From the human T2T-CHM13v2.0 reference genome, Homo sapiens, in the NCBI RefSeq assembly GCF_009914755.1, contig NC_060944.1: 64,000 bases of DNA; one strand, given 5' to 3'. A model generated the notes under the pieces. That model had not been told where the DNA came from. It ran no database searches and worked only from the letters and a program-made list of their open reading frames with translations. Positions 60,391-64,000 of this stretch are shown here, piece by piece. The first letter of the stretch is position 1; every line of letters begins with the position of its first letter. A program made the translations under genes and the position numbers.

Positions 60391-61623
60391 CCTGCACTGT
60401 CTAATACAGAAGCCTCCAGACACTTGTGGCACTTGAGCATTTGAAATATAGCTATTCCATATTAGAAACACCAGACTTCAAAGACTTAATAAAAAATGTA
60501 AAATAGCTCATGTAAACTAAAAGTCCTAAGCCCTCCTCCACCAACTGAATGGACACCCTCTTGGCTAAGACCGACTGCAGAGAAACCTTAAAAACTAAGT
60601 TCCCGGCCACGTTGGGACAAGAGGTCAGATACGCCTTCTTATTTCCCTTCCCTTTTGTGGTTTAGGCACAATAACTGACCATAATTAATGTTAAAATAGA
60701 GGTCATAAGACTGACAGAATGGACTCTTTGTGGTAAGAAAACACCAAATTACAAACAGGACTTCCCATGCCAGGCAAGAGTTATCATGCACCACCCCCCG
60801 CCCCCCCAACACACTTAAAGAATAAACCAGGTTCTAATTGCCAAGGTTTTTTCCTTTTCTCCTTGCAGCTAAACAAGCACTGGCCTCAAGAGAAGCAATA
60901 TTAAAACAATTTGCAGCTCACCACCAGCCGCTGACTAACGGCGCCCCCCTGTTCCAACAGCCATAACTACAGCTTTGATTGGACAAGAGGCTGATTTCAG
61001 TTAACTTCCTCCTGATGAGAAAACCACAGCCATGGACTGATTCTGGCCGGTTTACAGAGGCTGTGTACTTGGTTGCCTTTGTGTCCTAAAAAGGAGGTGT
61101 AGGGCCTAATTGTAATACATGTAAATGTTAATTCTCCACCCCAAAGCACACATGGTTATATGTTACCTGCATGTTTGTTCAGTACACATGCCTCAGGACC
61201 ACCTTCATGAGTATTTGAAGCTCTTCGTATAACCTGTTGACTATGTATGTTTGGCCAACCTGTTCAACTAAAATTTCTGTCTAATTCCTCTCTCCCTCAA
61301 AGTGCCTATTTCTGGTCTTTGCTGGAAGCTACACTTCCCAGCTGGTAGGATGGCCACTTGGCAGGCTGTAAACTTTTACAAGAAATAAAGTCTCCTTTTC
61401 GAAATGTATAGATCTTGTGATTTTTCAGTTAACCCTCACTGCATATTTGTTCTTGATTAGATGTTGAGAAAAATATTTTGGATATATTTGGTTAATTAAA
61501 ATACATTATTAAAATTAATTTTACCTGTTTCTTTTTTTACTTTTTAAAATGTACCTACAGGATATTTTAAATTATGTTAAATTATGTGTGTGTTTCGCAT
61601 TGCATTTCTAAGGGACAGTGTTG
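60391..61623. mobile_element. MER33-like hAT element split by an LTR insertion
   Basis: Halves 60391-60510 and 61435-61623 rejoin across the duplicated CTCA. Confidence 0.7.
60511..61434 (+). mobile_element. Solo ERV1 LTR, MER49-like (924 bp)
   Basis: TGTAAACTAAAA...ACTGAATGGACACCCTCTTGGCTAAG start; AATAAA at 61384; 4-bp TSD CTCA (60507-60510, 61435-61438). Confidence 0.75.
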
Positions 61624-62100
61624 CCATTGAGATTCCTGAGATGCTCTGAGTCAACCATTCATTTCACACTCTGGTTCTCAAGGTGTCGTCCCCTCTGACT
61701 TGAAGCATCAGTACTACTTAGGAACTTGTTAGATACACAAATACACCACCACACCTCAAACCTACAGAATCAGCATCTCTGGGTGGGATCAGAGCTGAGC
61801 ACACCCTTCATACTAGTGCTTCTGAAACTGATGGACCTGGAATGGGATTACTGGACTTGGCAAAATTAACCTTTGCAAGAGGGTCAGGTTTACTGAATTG
61901 CAAAGCAATTTAAAATATAGGATTTTGTGCCAAAAATGTTCAAAACGAGACAAGAATATTGAAGCAAAGCGAGCTGTTGTGCTCTGGAAAGGGCTGCTTG
62001 GCTTGGCGAGGGTTTTGGGTCGTAGGGTGAGATAAATAAGTAATCAAGCCCTTCTACCATTTAGTTGAAGATGAGAGATTGGGGGATTTGACCTCATAAA

Positions 62101-62280
62101 CTAATATTTATTGAATTTGATTTTAAACATTTGATTCTAAATCCTCACAAACACCCTTTGTGGTGGGCACTATTATCAACTTCATTTTGTGGGTAAGGAA
62201 ACCGAGGCACAGCGAAGCTGATTAGCCATGCTTGGCTAATTAAGTATGGTTCAAGGCCATACTTGCTGGAGTCAGAATGA
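62101..62280 (-). mobile_element. MIR
   Basis: AATCCTCACAAACACCCT...CATTTTGTGGGTAAGGAAACCGAGGCACAG. Confidence 0.7.
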
Positions 62281-63369
62281 CTCAGGCTACAGAATGTCAG
62301 GCTACAGAATGAATCAGGCTACAGAGAGCAGTGGGCTTAACACTGCACATATTGTCTTGCCCAGGCTAGACAGATTAGCTAATCTAACTAATCTGTAAAG
62401 TGGGTATTTCTACACTAGTCATTCCTGGCTGCCATTAAAATCTCCTGGAGACACCCAAAACACACACTCCTGCCTAGGCTCCAGCAAACCAGAGATTCTG
62501 ATTCCATTGGTCTGAATGCACTCAGGAGTGCATAAGAGCCCCCCAGGACCTCCAAAACAGCTCCCACTTGACAGGTGATGAAGAGGAGGCTGGGAGGAAC
62601 AGGGTTGAACAGGTTGTCAATGGCTAAACTCAGGTTCTGTAAATTGGGCAAGGGCTTCTCCAACCAGACTGTACACAGTCCTTGGATATCTCTCAGATGC
62701 ACGTTCCGATGCAGTAGGGCTGGATGAGGCCTGCAATCCTGCAGTCTCCAAGGGACAGTGATGCTACTGGTCTCAGAACCACACTTTGGATTTTGGACGG
62801 CACTTTGTCAGATGTCCCGAACCATGTGGTGTTTCCTGGCCAGCTAGAGAGCTGGGGCTTTCCTGACAGACTGGTCTGGGAGAACGTATTCTGCTGAGGT
62901 GCACCCAGATTTGGGATTCTTTAAGATCCCAGGTTTGAGATCCGTTCAGTGATCTCCAAGACCCAGCTAAGGAGGTAGGCCTTGGAGCGGAGTTGGAGTT
63001 CCACTTCTTGAGATGGAGGAAGATTCTAGGAAGCTGAAAGGAAAAAACTCATGGTTACTGCCCAGAGGCAGGAATCGCCGCAACACCACCCTTCTCCAGT
63101 TCGTCTGCTCTCCTCTCACCCAAGCTCAGCCTCTGGCTTCCCACTCTTCTCATTCCCTCTGACTCCAGCCTGAGCCATGGGGTGGGGTGTCAGGACAGGG
63201 ACAAGCAGCCTCTCCCTCCCAGGGGATGCACGACTTTCTTCGTCTTGCTGGAGGGTCAGACAGAAGGAATTCAAGCATTTTGATGCGCATTTCTCACTCA
63301 CCCTTCTACAACCCTCCCTCACCACTGCCCCGACTTTCAATACCAGTTCTGCCTCCTTCCTCCAAACTG

Positions 63370-64000
63370 GTTGGCGTGGCACGGGGTTGGCCCTTGGCTT
63401 CGCAGTGCCCGGAGGTTCGGAGCGAGCACTGGACCAGAGCCCAAGTTCCCAAGTTCCCATTCCACGGGGAGATGCGGACTTTAGGTGGACCCGGAATGGA
63501 AGGAGGGTTTTTGCTGCCCGCATGCCCCCAGGGCTCTTTCCGGGAAATAGAAGGGCGAGTCCTTTGCTTCCGCAGCGTCCGGTGGGAAAAGATGCCACGT
63601 GGCGCGGTGCGGGCGGACTCAGAGGCCCCAGGCGCCCCCGGGAACTGCCACTTACTCAGGGCCCGCGGTCCCTGGCGAAAACGGGCGTGGCGCCAGTGCT
63701 CAGACCGTGAAGTGGAAAAACGGATCATAACCTCGCGTTAAGGGGAAATTCAGGTTTTTTTCTCTGAGAAATGTATCCTTCCCTAACCAAAATCCAGCAC
63801 CTAGGGCCACCCATCCCTCGGTCCCTGAGCCCACCCTCTCCCTGCAGGCACAGCTATCCCAGGTTCCGGCCCATCAAGTTGGGAAATGAGACGATCCATC
63901 AGTGCCAGGCTCCCGGGAGCTGCAGCTGGCTCCAAGTGCGTGGCCGGAGGCGTCCCCCATCTGCACGAGTCCCCAGAGTCACCCGGGAATAACTGCGCCG
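63370..64000. promoter_or_regulatory. CpG island edge (continues past window); probably LAMP5-AS1/LAMP5 upstream regulatory region
   Basis: Abrupt rise in GC and CpG with no repeat homology; GC box GGGCGG at ~63611, palindromic E-box GCCACGTGGC at 63594-63603. Locus identity rests on recalled gene order only. Confidence 0.7.

Noticed and set aside
61991-62027. G-quadruplex (four GGG runs)
   Set aside because: First loop is 16 nt; weak and common motif.
63116-63992. 140-184 aa ORFs in several frames
   Set aside because: Expected stop depletion in GC-rich CpG-island DNA; no protein family resemblance.

Overview
Primate (almost certainly human) genomic DNA containing the 3' end of PLCB4 (phospholipase C beta 4) on the + strand. 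Ten coding exons between 883 and 35917 join in frame at canonical GT-AG boundaries and encode the distal C-terminal coiled-coil. A 37-nt cassette exon (33625-33661) switches the last exon between two reading frames, giving ...PATVV* (class I PDZ ligand) or ...KLQNAN*. A ~1.8 kb 3'UTR with several AATAAA signals ends near 37.7 kb. One intron carries a full-length, sense-oriented but dead L1PA5-like LINE-1 (18184-24350, 15-bp TSD). The rest is Alu, MIR, L2, old L1M, MLT/ERV LTRs and MER DNA transposons. The window ends in a CpG island, which by recalled 20p12 gene order lies in the LAMP5-AS1/LAMP5 upstream region. No novel multi-gene system is supported. The most unusual sequence-level signals are: (i) three short segments apparently copied from templates 1-2 kb away; (ii) a stop-free 147-nt intron that would encode a hydrophobic-plus-basic insert if retained; (iii) an L1M-derived AG|GT candidate recursive splice site 74 nt before an exon; (iv) both catalytic Asp codons of the L1 RT changed by G>C in APOBEC-type context. 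Repeat subfamily names are from recalled consensus sequences and need RepeatMasker confirmation.
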